Part shown: one piece after another, positions 30,265 through 38,654 of the stretch
Layout of the letters: each line of letters begins with the position of its first letter
Numbering within the stretch: position 1 is the stretch's first letter
Assembly: GCA_050951585.1 (NCBI GenBank)
Contig: JBMNJI010000005.1
Coordinates: 16,206-80,205 of the forward strand
Length of the DNA stretch: 64,000 bases
Direction: 5' to 3'
DNA from: Peptococcia bacterium
GTDB taxonomy: Bacteria; Bacillota; Peptococcia; DRI-13; DTU073
Made by a program: the position numbers and the translations under genes
The notes under the pieces: model-generated
Told to the model about the DNA's origin: nothing
The model's input: the letters and a program-made list of their open reading frames with translations, nothing else
Database searches by the model: none

Positions 30265-31965
30265 TTGTTCGGTAAGATTATTTTCGTGACGGCTCTTTTA
30301 GCCGGCTTGTCCTTCCTGGTTTTTAAACTGAATTATCATTTTCATATGCTGCAATTGAATTCATATATGAACGGTCGCTATTTATTGTGGCTCAGACGAA
30401 ATCCCGGCAAGGCATTCCGCCCCGTGGATTTTCTGCCCTTTTTTGTTCTTCTGCCGTTTGTGCTGCGGCTTTTGGCTCCTGAGACGGAAACGGCCGGGAT
30501 ACTGCCGGTCGTCTTGTATGCGGCCTTTGGAGCAGTATCGCTCGGCTTAATCTTTTTTCGGGAAAAAACGAAAGCGAAAAAGAAGATCAAATATACGGCC
30601 AGGGTGAAGAGACTGTTTACCGCCGCCGCGTTGTTGTGCCTCCTCCTTTTCGGGGTGCTGTGGCAACTTCAGGCGGAGCCTTTGCTCTTCCTTTTGCTGG
30701 TGGGCTTCTTGCAGCCTTTTGTGGCCGGACTGGTTTTCGTCAGCAATATCATCCTTATCCCTGTGGAAAAAGGCATCAACTATTATTATTTCCGGGATGC
30801 CCAGAAAAAAGTGCAGGCCATGCCCCATTTAAAAGTAATCGGCCTTACCGGCAGTTATGGGAAAACCAGCACGAAACATATCGTGCAGAAAATCTTGTCC
30901 CAGAAATATAACGTGCTGATGACGCCCGGTAGCTATAACACGACCATGGGGGTTATTCTGACCATCCGGCAAAACTTGAGTCCGCTTCATGACTTCTTTA
31001 TCATGGAGATGGGGGCGAAAAAGCCCGGCGATATTACGGAGATTTGTCAATTGGTGCAGCCGGACTACGGGATTTTAACGTCGATTGGGCCACAACATCT
31101 GGAGACTTTTCAGACGATCGAGAACGTGCAAAAAACCAAATTTGAATTAATCCGGGCTCTGCCTTCCGCAGGGTTTGCCGTGGTGAATGGGGATGATGCC
31201 TGCATCGCGGCAGGCAGGGAACGATACGGGAACAAGGAGCTCCGTTATATTTCCTATGGAATTGCCGAGGACGAGAGCGCGGCTGTGGGTGCGGAGGAAC
31301 CGTGCGGCACGGCCAAGACCGCTTTTGCGGAGAAACCGGCGCAGAAGGTGCAGTTCAGAGCAACAAAGATCAGTTATTCCGAAAATGGAACGGAGTTCAC
31401 GGTTGTGCGCAGCGGGGCTGGGGAAGAACAGGAATATTCTTTCCGCACCGGCTTGCTGGGGCAACACAACCTGTACAATATTTTGGCCGGGATTTCCCTT
31501 GCCTTTACCCTCGGCATGGACTATAAAGCGATTTATGCGGGCGTAAAAGACCTTACCCCCATTGAGCACCGTTTGCAGATCAAACGCCAGCACGATTATG
31601 TGCTGATTGATGACGCCTATAATGCCAACCCTGTCGGGACGCGCATGGCCCTGGAGGTTTTGCGGCTCATCAGCGGCAATAAAAAAATTCTCATTACGCC
31701 CGGCATGATTGAATTGGGCAGTCAGGAATACGAGTTGAATAAGGCTTTTGCCCGGCAGGCGGCCGAGGTTTGTGACTATATTCTGCTGGTCGGCGAAAAA
31801 CGCACCCAACCCTTGCAGGATGGCTTGCGGGAGGCAAATTATCCGCCGGAAAAATATACGGTGGTCAAGGATATTTTCACGGCTTTTGCTCACCTGGAGA
31901 AGATTCGGGAGAAGAATGACGTCGTCTTAATTGAGAATGATTTAACCGACGATTATGATGAGTAG
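30265..31965 (+). CDS. murF: MurF-type UDP-MurNAc-tripeptide--D-Ala-D-Ala ligase with a ~170 aa N-terminal membrane domain
   Basis: GLTGSYGKTSTK P-loop and the MurF-typical IDDAYNANP. The first ~170 aa form 4-5 hydrophobic helices in place of the usual Mur N-terminal domain. GGAGG RBS before TTG 30265. Confidence 0.7.
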   Translation: MFGKIIFVTALLAGLSFLVFKLNYHFHMLQLNSYMNGRYLLWLRRNPGKAFRPVDFLPFFVLLPFVLRLLAPETETAGILPVVLYAAFGAVSLGLIFFREKTKAKKKIKYTARVKRLFTAAALLCLLLFGVLWQLQAEPLLFLLLVGFLQPFVAGLVFVSNIILIPVEKGINYYYFRDAQKKVQAMPHLKVIGLTGSYGKTSTKHIVQKILSQKYNVLMTPGSYNTTMGVILTIRQNLSPLHDFFIMEMGAKKPGDITEICQLVQPDYGILTSIGPQHLETFQTIENVQKTKFELIRALPSAGFAVVNGDDACIAAGRERYGNKELRYISYGIAEDESAAVGAEEPCGTAKTAFAEKPAQKVQFRATKISYSENGTEFTVVRSGAGEEQEYSFRTGLLGQHNLYNILAGISLAFTLGMDYKAIYAGVKDLTPIEHRLQIKRQHDYVLIDDAYNANPVGTRMALEVLRLISGNKKILITPGMIELGSQEYELNKAFARQAAEVCDYILLVGEKRTQPLQDGLREANYPPEKYTVVKDIFTAFAHLEKIREKNDVVLIENDLTDDYDE

Positions 31966-32051
31966 AAGCACGAAAAAGGAAGTGAACAGTGAGAGCAGGA
32001 AGTGGGTCGTGTGAAATAAATAGTGGGAAGAAGATGGGAGGTCGGATTGAA

Positions 32052-33215
32052 TTGAAAATTAAAGTAGGGGTGTTTTTCGGGGGGAAATCAACTGAGCACG
32101 AAGTGTCGGTCATTTCGGGAATTCAGGCCGCACATAGCTTAGATAAGGAAAAATATGAGGCAGTGCCTGTCTATGTGACCAAACAGGGGACTTTTTATAC
32201 TGGGGCGGAGCTCCTGGATATTACCGAGTATAAAGATATGGAGGCACTATTACACAAAGCCACGCCGGTAGCCATCATCAGGGATCAGGAGCAAAATAAG
32301 GTTTTCCTTTATAAGTATCCCTTCGGGCTCTTTAAGAAGCCCCTTGCTTATCTGGATGTGATTCTGCCGGTGATGCATGGCAATCTCGGCGAAAACGGCG
32401 CGTTCCAGGGCTTTTTTGAGGTGCTGGACATCCCTTATGCCGAATGTGGGGTCCTTCCTTCTGCCGTGGGCATGGATAAGGTGATCACGAAATATGTCCT
32501 GCGCAGTGCCGGTATCCCGGTAATCGACTGGTACAGCTTTTACGGTCATGACTGGCTCACTGACGAGACCAGGCTCATCGAGGAAATGGAGGAGCAGATC
32601 GGCTACCCCTTAATTGTGAAGCCGGCGACAGGTGGCTCCAGCATTGGCATTTCCATTGTCCATAACCGGCAGGAGCTCAAAGACGGGGTGGAATTAGCCC
32701 GCTCCATGGCGGAAAAGATTATTGTGGAAAAACTGGTGCAGAATATTAAGGAGGTCAACTGTTCGGTGCTTGGAGACAGTGAGGATGCGGAGGCTTCTGT
32801 CTGCGAAGAGCCGGTCAGCAGCAAGGATATCCTCTCCTTTGACGATAAGTATAGCAACAACAGCACCAAAGGGATGTCGGGCGCGAAAAGAAAGATTCCG
32901 GCCGATATATCCGCGGAGATGGCCGGTGTCATTCAGGATCTCTCCCGGATTGTCTTTAATCTTTTAGGTTGTAAAGGCGTAATTCGCATTGATTATATTA
33001 TTGATCAGGACACCAATCAGGTTTACCTGAATGAGCTGAATACCATCCCCGGTTCGTTGGCTTTTTATCTCTGGGAGAACAGTGAGCTTACCTACGCCGG
33101 GCTCCTGGATCAATTGCTGACAATGGCGATTCGTCATCACCAGAAGGCGAACGCGTTAACCTATTCCTACGAGAACAATCTTTTCAATTCGGGGATCCAG
33201 GGCTTCAAGAAATAG
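32052..33215 (+). CDS. ddl: D-alanine--D-alanine ligase
   Basis: KIKVGVFFGGKSTEHEVSVISG N-terminus and an ATP-grasp core (IVKPA.GGSSIGI, ELNTIPG). GGAGG lies 9 nt before TTG 32052. ATG 32034 or GTG 31989 are alternative starts. Confidence 0.85.
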   Translation: MKIKVGVFFGGKSTEHEVSVISGIQAAHSLDKEKYEAVPVYVTKQGTFYTGAELLDITEYKDMEALLHKATPVAIIRDQEQNKVFLYKYPFGLFKKPLAYLDVILPVMHGNLGENGAFQGFFEVLDIPYAECGVLPSAVGMDKVITKYVLRSAGIPVIDWYSFYGHDWLTDETRLIEEMEEQIGYPLIVKPATGGSSIGISIVHNRQELKDGVELARSMAEKIIVEKLVQNIKEVNCSVLGDSEDAEASVCEEPVSSKDILSFDDKYSNNSTKGMSGAKRKIPADISAEMAGVIQDLSRIVFNLLGCKGVIRIDYIIDQDTNQVYLNELNTIPGSLAFYLWENSELTYAGLLDQLLTMAIRHHQKANALTYSYENNLFNSGIQGFKK

Positions 33216-33501
33216 CAGGCTAAAGGGAATATTGCAAACCATACGACAAAGTGGAAATAAAAGGAAACAAGGTAAGATTGGGCGAAAAAAAGATTATGGA
33301 AGCGTTTTCTAAATATATAGGGAAATAGTGTCAGAAAAAAATATGGGTTAGTTTTAGAAAAAAGGGCAGTGCCAGAAACGGCGCGGCCCTTTCTTTATGG
33401 GCATTTGCGGGCGACAAGGACAAAGGGAGAAAAATATTTGACAAATTCCAGTAAATGACAAAGTTTACAAATACCATCATGTATAATACGGGGTGTGAGT
33501 A

Positions 33502-33543
33502 TTTTTTTGATTTACGTAAGGCGCGCTACGTCAGTCAAAAAAA
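33502..33543 (+). promoter_or_regulatory. 17-bp imperfect inverted repeat in the leader of the first TasA-like gene
   Basis: TTTTTTTGATTTACGTA, an 8-nt spacer, then TACGTCAGTCAAAAAAA (15/17 complementary). It lies downstream of an extended -10 TGTATAAT (33480-33487) and upstream of the RBS at 33631. Confidence 0.4.
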
Positions 33544-33645
33544 GGAGGCGATCGGTAAGAGAATTCTGTTAAAGGATTTAACAGGACAGCAAAAGTTGAT
33601 GCAATCTTTTTACTGAAAAAATAGGAATTGAAGGGAGTAATGAAA

Positions 33646-34312
33646 ATGAAAAAAACAAGAATGTTACTTGCTACTCTGGTTTGTGCTGTAATGCTGATGG
33701 GCGTTGGCTACGCCGCATGGTCTGATTCGGTTACCTTGGCAGGAACGGTGAATACCGGGGAACTGAATGTACGTTTTGAAAATGATCAGTTTGAGCCATT
33801 TGTTCCTACCACATATGCAAGTGGTTATGCGACGGCAGTTTTCAACAAACTTGAAGAAGAGAATATTGAATTCACTTTTGACAAATTACACCCCGGAGTC
33901 GTTGGCGTTGTTGATGTAGCCGTTAAAAATGCCGGTGATTTTCCGGCTAAATTAGCTAATGCAACTGTAATCACTACGGGTGATGAAGTATTAAAAGACG
34001 ATATTTATGTGCAGGCCTTGTATTACAAAATGGGAACCAACGGTTTACCTGTCTGGGAACATTCAACGCTACCCCATATGTTTCTCTTGATCAATTAGAG
34101 ACAACTTTAGAAAATGCTTTAAGTGCTTTTGAATTGGCACCCGGGGAATCAATTGTCTTTGGTGTTCCGGAAGGCGAAGAATCAACTCTTGATTTAAACA
34201 ATGACGGTGTAAATGAAGAGTGCTTTATCTTCTACTTTGACTATGATTCCGGTAATGAAACAATGGATAAGACCATTACTATTGATTTAGAGATGGATTG
34301 GGAAATTGCGTA
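33646..34312 (+). CDS. TasA/camelysin-like secreted protein A (SipW-type signal peptide); one frameshift near 34060-34080
   Basis: AAGGGAG RBS, then ATG 33646. MKKTRMLLATLVCAVMLMGVGYAAWSDS. Internal LHPGVVGVVDVAVKNAGDFP. The shifted frame continues ..NATPYVSLDQLE..ITIDLEMDWEIA to TAA 34312. Confidence 0.8.
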
Positions 34313-34349
34313 ATCACTAATACGGCGCTGAATTGAATTATCATCCTGC

Positions 34350-34381
34350 AGACCCGCCACCTTTTTGGCGGGTCTTTTTTT
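34350..34381 (+). terminator. Strong rho-independent terminator after gene A
   Basis: Stem AGACCCGCC / GGCGGGTCT followed by T7. Confidence 0.8.
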
Positions 34382-34559
34382 AGCTATGAGGGAGTATTAG
34401 TTTTGGGTAATACAAAGATTATTTCCGGACAAGCCTAATAACGACAATATATACAGAAAAAGTAAGATATAATATTAAACAGTATAGAAAGACAAAGTCA
34501 AAGTAATCTATTATTCTGCTCTTTACTTTATCTAAAGTTGAATGGGAGGGTTATTGGCG

Positions 34560-35194
34560 ATGAGACGATATCTGATACTATTATTGGGTTGCGTCTTCTG
34601 GGGTTTGGCGATAGTGCCGGGGGTATATTCTTCCTGGCAGGACCAGTTATACATCAGAGGGGAAATCCGGCTAAATGATGTTTCTCCTCTACGTTCTGTC
34701 GAACAGGGATCAGACTCAAATCTAGCACGGAAAGTGGATGAACATAAAGGTACTGTGGCGGGGACGGGAGAAGTGCCGGACCATAAAGCGGAGGAAGGGA
34801 GAGGTTGCGGAAGAACTGGAGACGGGATTTCAAGCAGTGCCTGCAGCAGTGTTCGAGGGCAGTACCCGAAGCAGGAATTAAAGAAAGCCTTCCAGTGAGC
34901 GAGCCGGTTGTAGCAGAAACGACAGGAGGCAGTGCAACGGCAGATTCGGCAGTAACCGGGGAAGACCCTGGGCAGGATCCAAGCGAGGCGATAACTAATA
35001 CTGTAACTGATGATATCATCGGAGATACAGCAGGGGAAGCAACCGAAGAAATAACCGAAAGCAGGGGTGAAACAGCAGGGGAAGCAGCTTCTGAAACAGT
35101 CGAGAAAAGCGCTGATGTAAAGGCGGAGAATGAAAACAATAATGCGGCGGCAGAAGCAGGAGGAGAAATGGAAACCGGCGCTGGAGCAGAATGA
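34560..35194 (+). CDS. Signal-peptide/N-terminal-strand-only protein B with an acidic low-complexity tail; probably two frameshifts (~34800, ~34865)
   Basis: GGGAGGG RBS, then ATG 34560. MRRYLILLLGCVFWGLAIVPGVYSSWQDQLYIRGEI. The three reading frames join as ..EEGR/EVAEELETGFQAVPAAVFEGST/PEAGIKESLPVSEP.. into a T/G/E/A/D-rich tail ending at 35194. Confidence 0.55.
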
Positions 35195-35261
35195 AGCACA
35201 AAAAGTCGCAAGAATAATTATTATAGAAGAAAATGTAAATTAAAATTTTCAGCTATTCTTA

Positions 35262-35296
35262 AAGGACTGTCCCGATGTGGCCAGTCCTTTATTTTA
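35262..35296 (+). terminator. Terminator after gene B
   Basis: Stem AAGGACTG / CAGTCCTT followed by a T-rich tract. Confidence 0.7.
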
Positions 35297-35398
35297 AGTA
35301 TTATAGAAAAGAATAAAATATTTTTTAATTAGCAACTAAAAACGACAAAAATTTCAATTGCGATTATATATAATATCTAGTAATATAATGTCTAGTAA

Positions 35399-35974
35399 GT
35401 GAAAAAGGGAGAGGCGGAATCAATTGTGCGTTTTTTCTATCCACTTTTCAGTATAATCTTCATATTCTGCATGGGCGGGTTTGGGATCAGTTACGCCACC
35501 TGGAGTGATACCTTAACATTAGAAAGCACCGTATCTACCGGTTATATTAATACCATTTTTACTGATGCTGAATTATCAAAGAACGGCAATGAGGGAGAAG
35601 GGAAAGGAAATTGTCGGGGGGGATCTGGTTCAGACGCGGATTTTGGAACAGTTGTTATTGATGAAGACGGCAAGAGTCTTTTGGTCAGCATAAAGGAAAA
35701 AGGGAACTACTATCTGGATTTTACGCTTGAAAATAAAGGGACATTACCTGTCGAAATTGAGATTCCTGATACGAAGGGAAAAAAGCCCGATGGCGAAGGA
35801 CAAGCCATTAAGATAGAGTTTAAGGATAAAGGAAATAAAGAGGACCGGATACTATTCGTTGATGACAGTATGCAAGGTCGTATGGAGATAAAAGTGCAAC
35901 CTCCTCATTGGAAAGATGGTTTGGAGGGTAACTTTTCAGTTACGCTCGAATCTCGCCAGGCGAGTCTTAAATAA
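35399..35974 (+). CDS. TasA/camelysin-like secreted protein C
   Basis: ..FIFCMGGFGISYATWSDTLTLESTVSTG. Internal YYLDFTLENKGTLPVEIEI. The start is GTG 35399 or in-frame GTG 35426. Confidence 0.7.
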   Translation: MKKGEAESIVRFFYPLFSIIFIFCMGGFGISYATWSDTLTLESTVSTGYINTIFTDAELSKNGNEGEGKGNCRGGSGSDADFGTVVIDEDGKSLLVSIKEKGNYYLDFTLENKGTLPVEIEIPDTKGKKPDGEGQAIKIEFKDKGNKEDRILFVDDSMQGRMEIKVQPPHWKDGLEGNFSVTLESRQASLK

Positions 35975-36125
35975 ACAGGCGCTAAGTTGATATTTGAGGT
36001 GCAATAATTTATAAGGGGGGAGTACATCAATATTAAGGAGATAAGAGAAGCACCTTTAATTAAATTGACAGCATTGTAAATTCAGAAAAGTATATAGTTT
36101 TTAAAACGAAGGGAGATCAAAAACA

Positions 36126-36653
36126 ATGAAAAAAGCAAGACTTTTAATTGCTGCATTAGTATGTGCAGTAATGATGATGGGAGTAGGTTATGCCTTATTT
36201 AACGACACTACTGTTGTATCTGCAACAGCAAAGGCGGGTAACTTTGATGTGGATTTTATTGACGCAAGAGGTCCAGTGGAAGTTAGTCCCGAAAATGTAA
36301 GAGTTTACCTTGATAGAGATAATTGTGATCAGGATTTACTCCATTGCACAATTAGTGGTATATTTCCAGGTCAGACGGTAGTAATCCCCATTCCTGTTAA
36401 AAACAACTGTGCGGTAGGAGCAAAATTAGTTAATGTTGAGTGTAAACGTGTTAACGGAGACTGGGGCTTATATAATCAATTCCAGATTTCTGGTGAGAAT
36501 AATAAAAAAATAGCTGCTGGGGCAAGTGACACCTGTAATTTAACAGTTATGTTAAATAGTGAAACTGATACCAAATACCAAGAACAAACGGTTGAGTTCA
36601 CAGTAGATCTAGAATGGGAACAATACCTAAAGACAATAAATACCCAATCGTAA
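36126..36653 (+). CDS. TasA/camelysin-like secreted protein D
   Basis: AAGGGAG RBS. MKKARLLIAALVCAVMMMGVGYALFNDT. IFPGQTVVIPIPVKNNCAVGAKL. C-terminal VEFTVDLEWEQ. Confidence 0.85.
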   Translation: MKKARLLIAALVCAVMMMGVGYALFNDTTVVSATAKAGNFDVDFIDARGPVEVSPENVRVYLDRDNCDQDLLHCTISGIFPGQTVVIPIPVKNNCAVGAKLVNVECKRVNGDWGLYNQFQISGENNKKIAAGASDTCNLTVMLNSETDTKYQEQTVEFTVDLEWEQYLKTINTQS

Positions 36654-36679
36654 ACATAACCTAACTATGTCTTTTAATT

Positions 36680-36713
36680 GCAGGATGGGCAAATGCTCAT
36701 TTACCCATCCTGC
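36680..36713 (+). repeat. Conserved 34-nt hairpin, copy 1 (after gene D)
   Basis: GCAGGATGGGCAAAT-gctc-ATTTACCCATCCTGC. It has no downstream U-tract; an A-run follows instead. Confidence 0.75.
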
Positions 36714-36757
36714 CGTAAAAAAATTTATATTTACTTAATGAAGGGAGAACAAAAGTA

Positions 36758-37303
36758 ATGAAGAGAGCAAGGATTTTAATTGCCACATTAGTGTGTGCAG
36801 TAATGATGATGGGAGTAGGTTATGCAGCATTTACCGACAGTCTAAAATTAAATGCATCACTGGCAACGGGTACTATGAATGTAATTTACGGAACAGATAC
36901 AAAAGTTGATAGAGCTGACAGTGAAGTAGTAGCTACTGTTACACGTTCTGACGATAAGAAGACCCTTGATTGCACAATTGCAAACTTATATCCTGGGCGG
37001 GGTGCAGTTTTTAGCATTCAGGTGAAAAATCTGAGTGGTGTGCCTGTAAGCTATACCAACTGTATACCTACCGGATTAAGCGAGTACGAAAAGAGCATTC
37101 TTGATTTTGATTTCGCTAGAGATGATTACAACGCTGAGATTCCGGCAAACGGTGAGCGCACTTATAAGGTTTTCGTCAGACTGAGCGAAGACGTTGATAA
37201 TACTGTGCAAAACAAAACTTATACATTTCAACTTAGATTTGATTGGGAACAAGTTATTCAAGACAGTGTAACCCAAGGTTTACCTATAGGATCCGCGAGT
37301 TAA
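36758..37303 (+). CDS. TasA/camelysin-like secreted protein E (close paralog of D)
   Basis: AAGGGAG RBS. MKRARILIATLVCAVMMMGVGYAAFTDS. LYPGRGAVFSIQVKNLSGVPVSY. C-terminal YTFQLRFDWEQ. Confidence 0.85.
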   Translation: MKRARILIATLVCAVMMMGVGYAAFTDSLKLNASLATGTMNVIYGTDTKVDRADSEVVATVTRSDDKKTLDCTIANLYPGRGAVFSIQVKNLSGVPVSYTNCIPTGLSEYEKSILDFDFARDDYNAEIPANGERTYKVFVRLSEDVDNTVQNKTYTFQLRFDWEQVIQDSVTQGLPIGSAS

Positions 37304-37340
37304 TTAGTATTGTCTGAACTGAGGTTTAATTCCGTTGGGT

Positions 37341-37374
37341 GCAGGATGGGCAAATGCTCATTTGCCCATCCTGC
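37341..37374 (+). repeat. Conserved 34-nt hairpin, copy 2 (after gene E)
   Basis: GCAGGATGGGCAAAT-gctc-ATTTGCCCATCCTGC, a perfect 15-bp stem that is near-identical to 36680..36713. Confidence 0.75.
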
Positions 37375-37433
37375 CATAATAAAAACTATATTAATTTGAG
37401 AGTGCTTAGCGTACAATTGGAGGTTATCTCGTC

Positions 37434-38342
37434 ATGAAAAAATATATTACTATTATAATGATATGTTCGTTCCTGGGATTAGCAATGATTCCGGGAGTAT
37501 ACTCCGCTTGGGGAGAATCGTTACAGATCACGGGAACTGTGCAGATAGGCGAAGACGACATTGAATGCCCTATTCCGGAGTGTAAAAGGATATGGAACTT
37601 AATATTAGCGATGCTTAATGATATTGATAAATGTTCCTTAAGGGATCTTCTCGCTTGTGAAGACGATTTTGACATAGCTGCATTAATAGCGTTTCTTGAA
37701 GACATAGACAGTATTGATGATGGCATTATAAGCAACCTTAAATGGCTAGAAGGTTTTAATTTCGGCGGTTTTTCCGGTTCTAATGGAACGATGATGCTTG
37801 CCGGTGGGGACATGGAAATGATGACAATTCCGCAGGAAACACAACAGCCAGCCGCACCGCCTGTACAGGCGCCCTCGATGCCACCGGAAGGAGGGCAGGA
37901 TATTGCGGATAATCATAAGGGAAATACTGCCCAGGAGCGTACAACGGGGGATACAGCGGGAGGACCAGCGGATGCTGGTGACACCGGCGACAACGGACAG
38001 CAAACTGAGGATAATATAACGGATAATACCGGCGGCGCTGATCTTCTCGGCGCAGGTGATCCTGTTGGTGCAGATGATATTGTCGATGATGGCAATGATG
38101 TAGCCGGTACAGGGAATGACACTATTTCCAAAGGTAATGATCCTGTCCCTGAGACAACGGGGGAAAGCGGCCGGGAAGATGGGACGGCAGAGAGCGGTGC
38201 CGGTGATAAGAGCGGTTCCGGGAGCGCAGAAGGAAACAGTGATGATACCGGCAATAAAACCAATGAAGGAAACAGCGCTGGTGGCGCTGGCAACGATGGG
38301 GAATCCGGTGCAGGGAACAGTGATAGTACGATAGAGGAGTGA
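37434..38342 (+). CDS. Signal-peptide/N-terminal-strand protein F with a Cys-containing helical segment and a ~170 aa acidic G/D/T/N/E-rich tail
   Basis: GGAGG RBS. MKKYITIIMICSFLGLAMIPGVYSAWGESLQITGTVQIG. The tail has no hydrophobic core. Confidence 0.75.
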   Translation: MKKYITIIMICSFLGLAMIPGVYSAWGESLQITGTVQIGEDDIECPIPECKRIWNLILAMLNDIDKCSLRDLLACEDDFDIAALIAFLEDIDSIDDGIISNLKWLEGFNFGGFSGSNGTMMLAGGDMEMMTIPQETQQPAAPPVQAPSMPPEGGQDIADNHKGNTAQERTTGDTAGGPADAGDTGDNGQQTEDNITDNTGGADLLGAGDPVGADDIVDDGNDVAGTGNDTISKGNDPVPETTGESGREDGTAESGAGDKSGSGSAEGNSDDTGNKTNEGNSAGGAGNDGESGAGNSDSTIEE

Positions 38343-38411
38343 GCAGAGGGGAAATTAGCAAAAATAAATGAAAAACACAGGGGGACAACCGGGTTTGACG
38401 GATGGAGGCTT

Positions 38412-38654
38412 TTGCTGCTGAGAAAATATCTGAGATTGATTCTGCTTTGTGTTATTGGCGGGCTGTTGCTGATTCCGGGCACCGATGGGAGTTGGAATCA
38501 GGTCCTGGATGTGGAGGGGCTCGTGAGGCTTCCGGATAATTACATATTTGATGAGGTAGTGAGTCAAGATGGCCATAAGGCGCTGGATTTTGCTAGGGAT
38601 GGTTTCGTTCATGATTATACTGACGAATACGAACCTCATTCCCTTGACGAATAA
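38412..38654 (+). CDS. Small signal-peptide/N-terminal-strand protein G
   Basis: MLLRKYLRLILLCVIGGLLLIPGTDGSWNQVLDVEGLVRL shares the motif of B and F. The TTG start has poor SD spacing, so the start is uncertain. Confidence 0.5.
   Translation: MLLRKYLRLILLCVIGGLLLIPGTDGSWNQVLDVEGLVRLPDNYIFDEVVSQDGHKALDFARDGFVHDYTDEYEPHSLDE

Noticed and set aside
31147-31893. Long minus-strand ORFs inside murF (31147..31893), fhs (46107..46658), the NamZ-like gene (49358..50110), valS (62638..63282) and upstream of iorA (43551..43829).
   Set aside because: They are antisense to, or overlap, strongly supported genes. They have no RBS, and their composition is typical of antisense frames.
30265-33215. A vancomycin-resistance-type (van) cluster, because of murF-like plus ddl plus a possible VanX-like remnant.
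   Set aside because: No vanH-type dehydrogenase, vanRS regulator or intact dipeptidase is present. The ligase has ordinary Ddl features as far as they can be read.
34654-35211. 185-aa minus-strand ORF opposite the tail of gene B. The 189-aa minus-strand ORF at 37913..38482 opposite gene F is similar.
   Set aside because: Both lie antisense to G/A-rich low-complexity coding sequence, have S/P/A-rich translations and no RBS. They are classic shadow ORFs.
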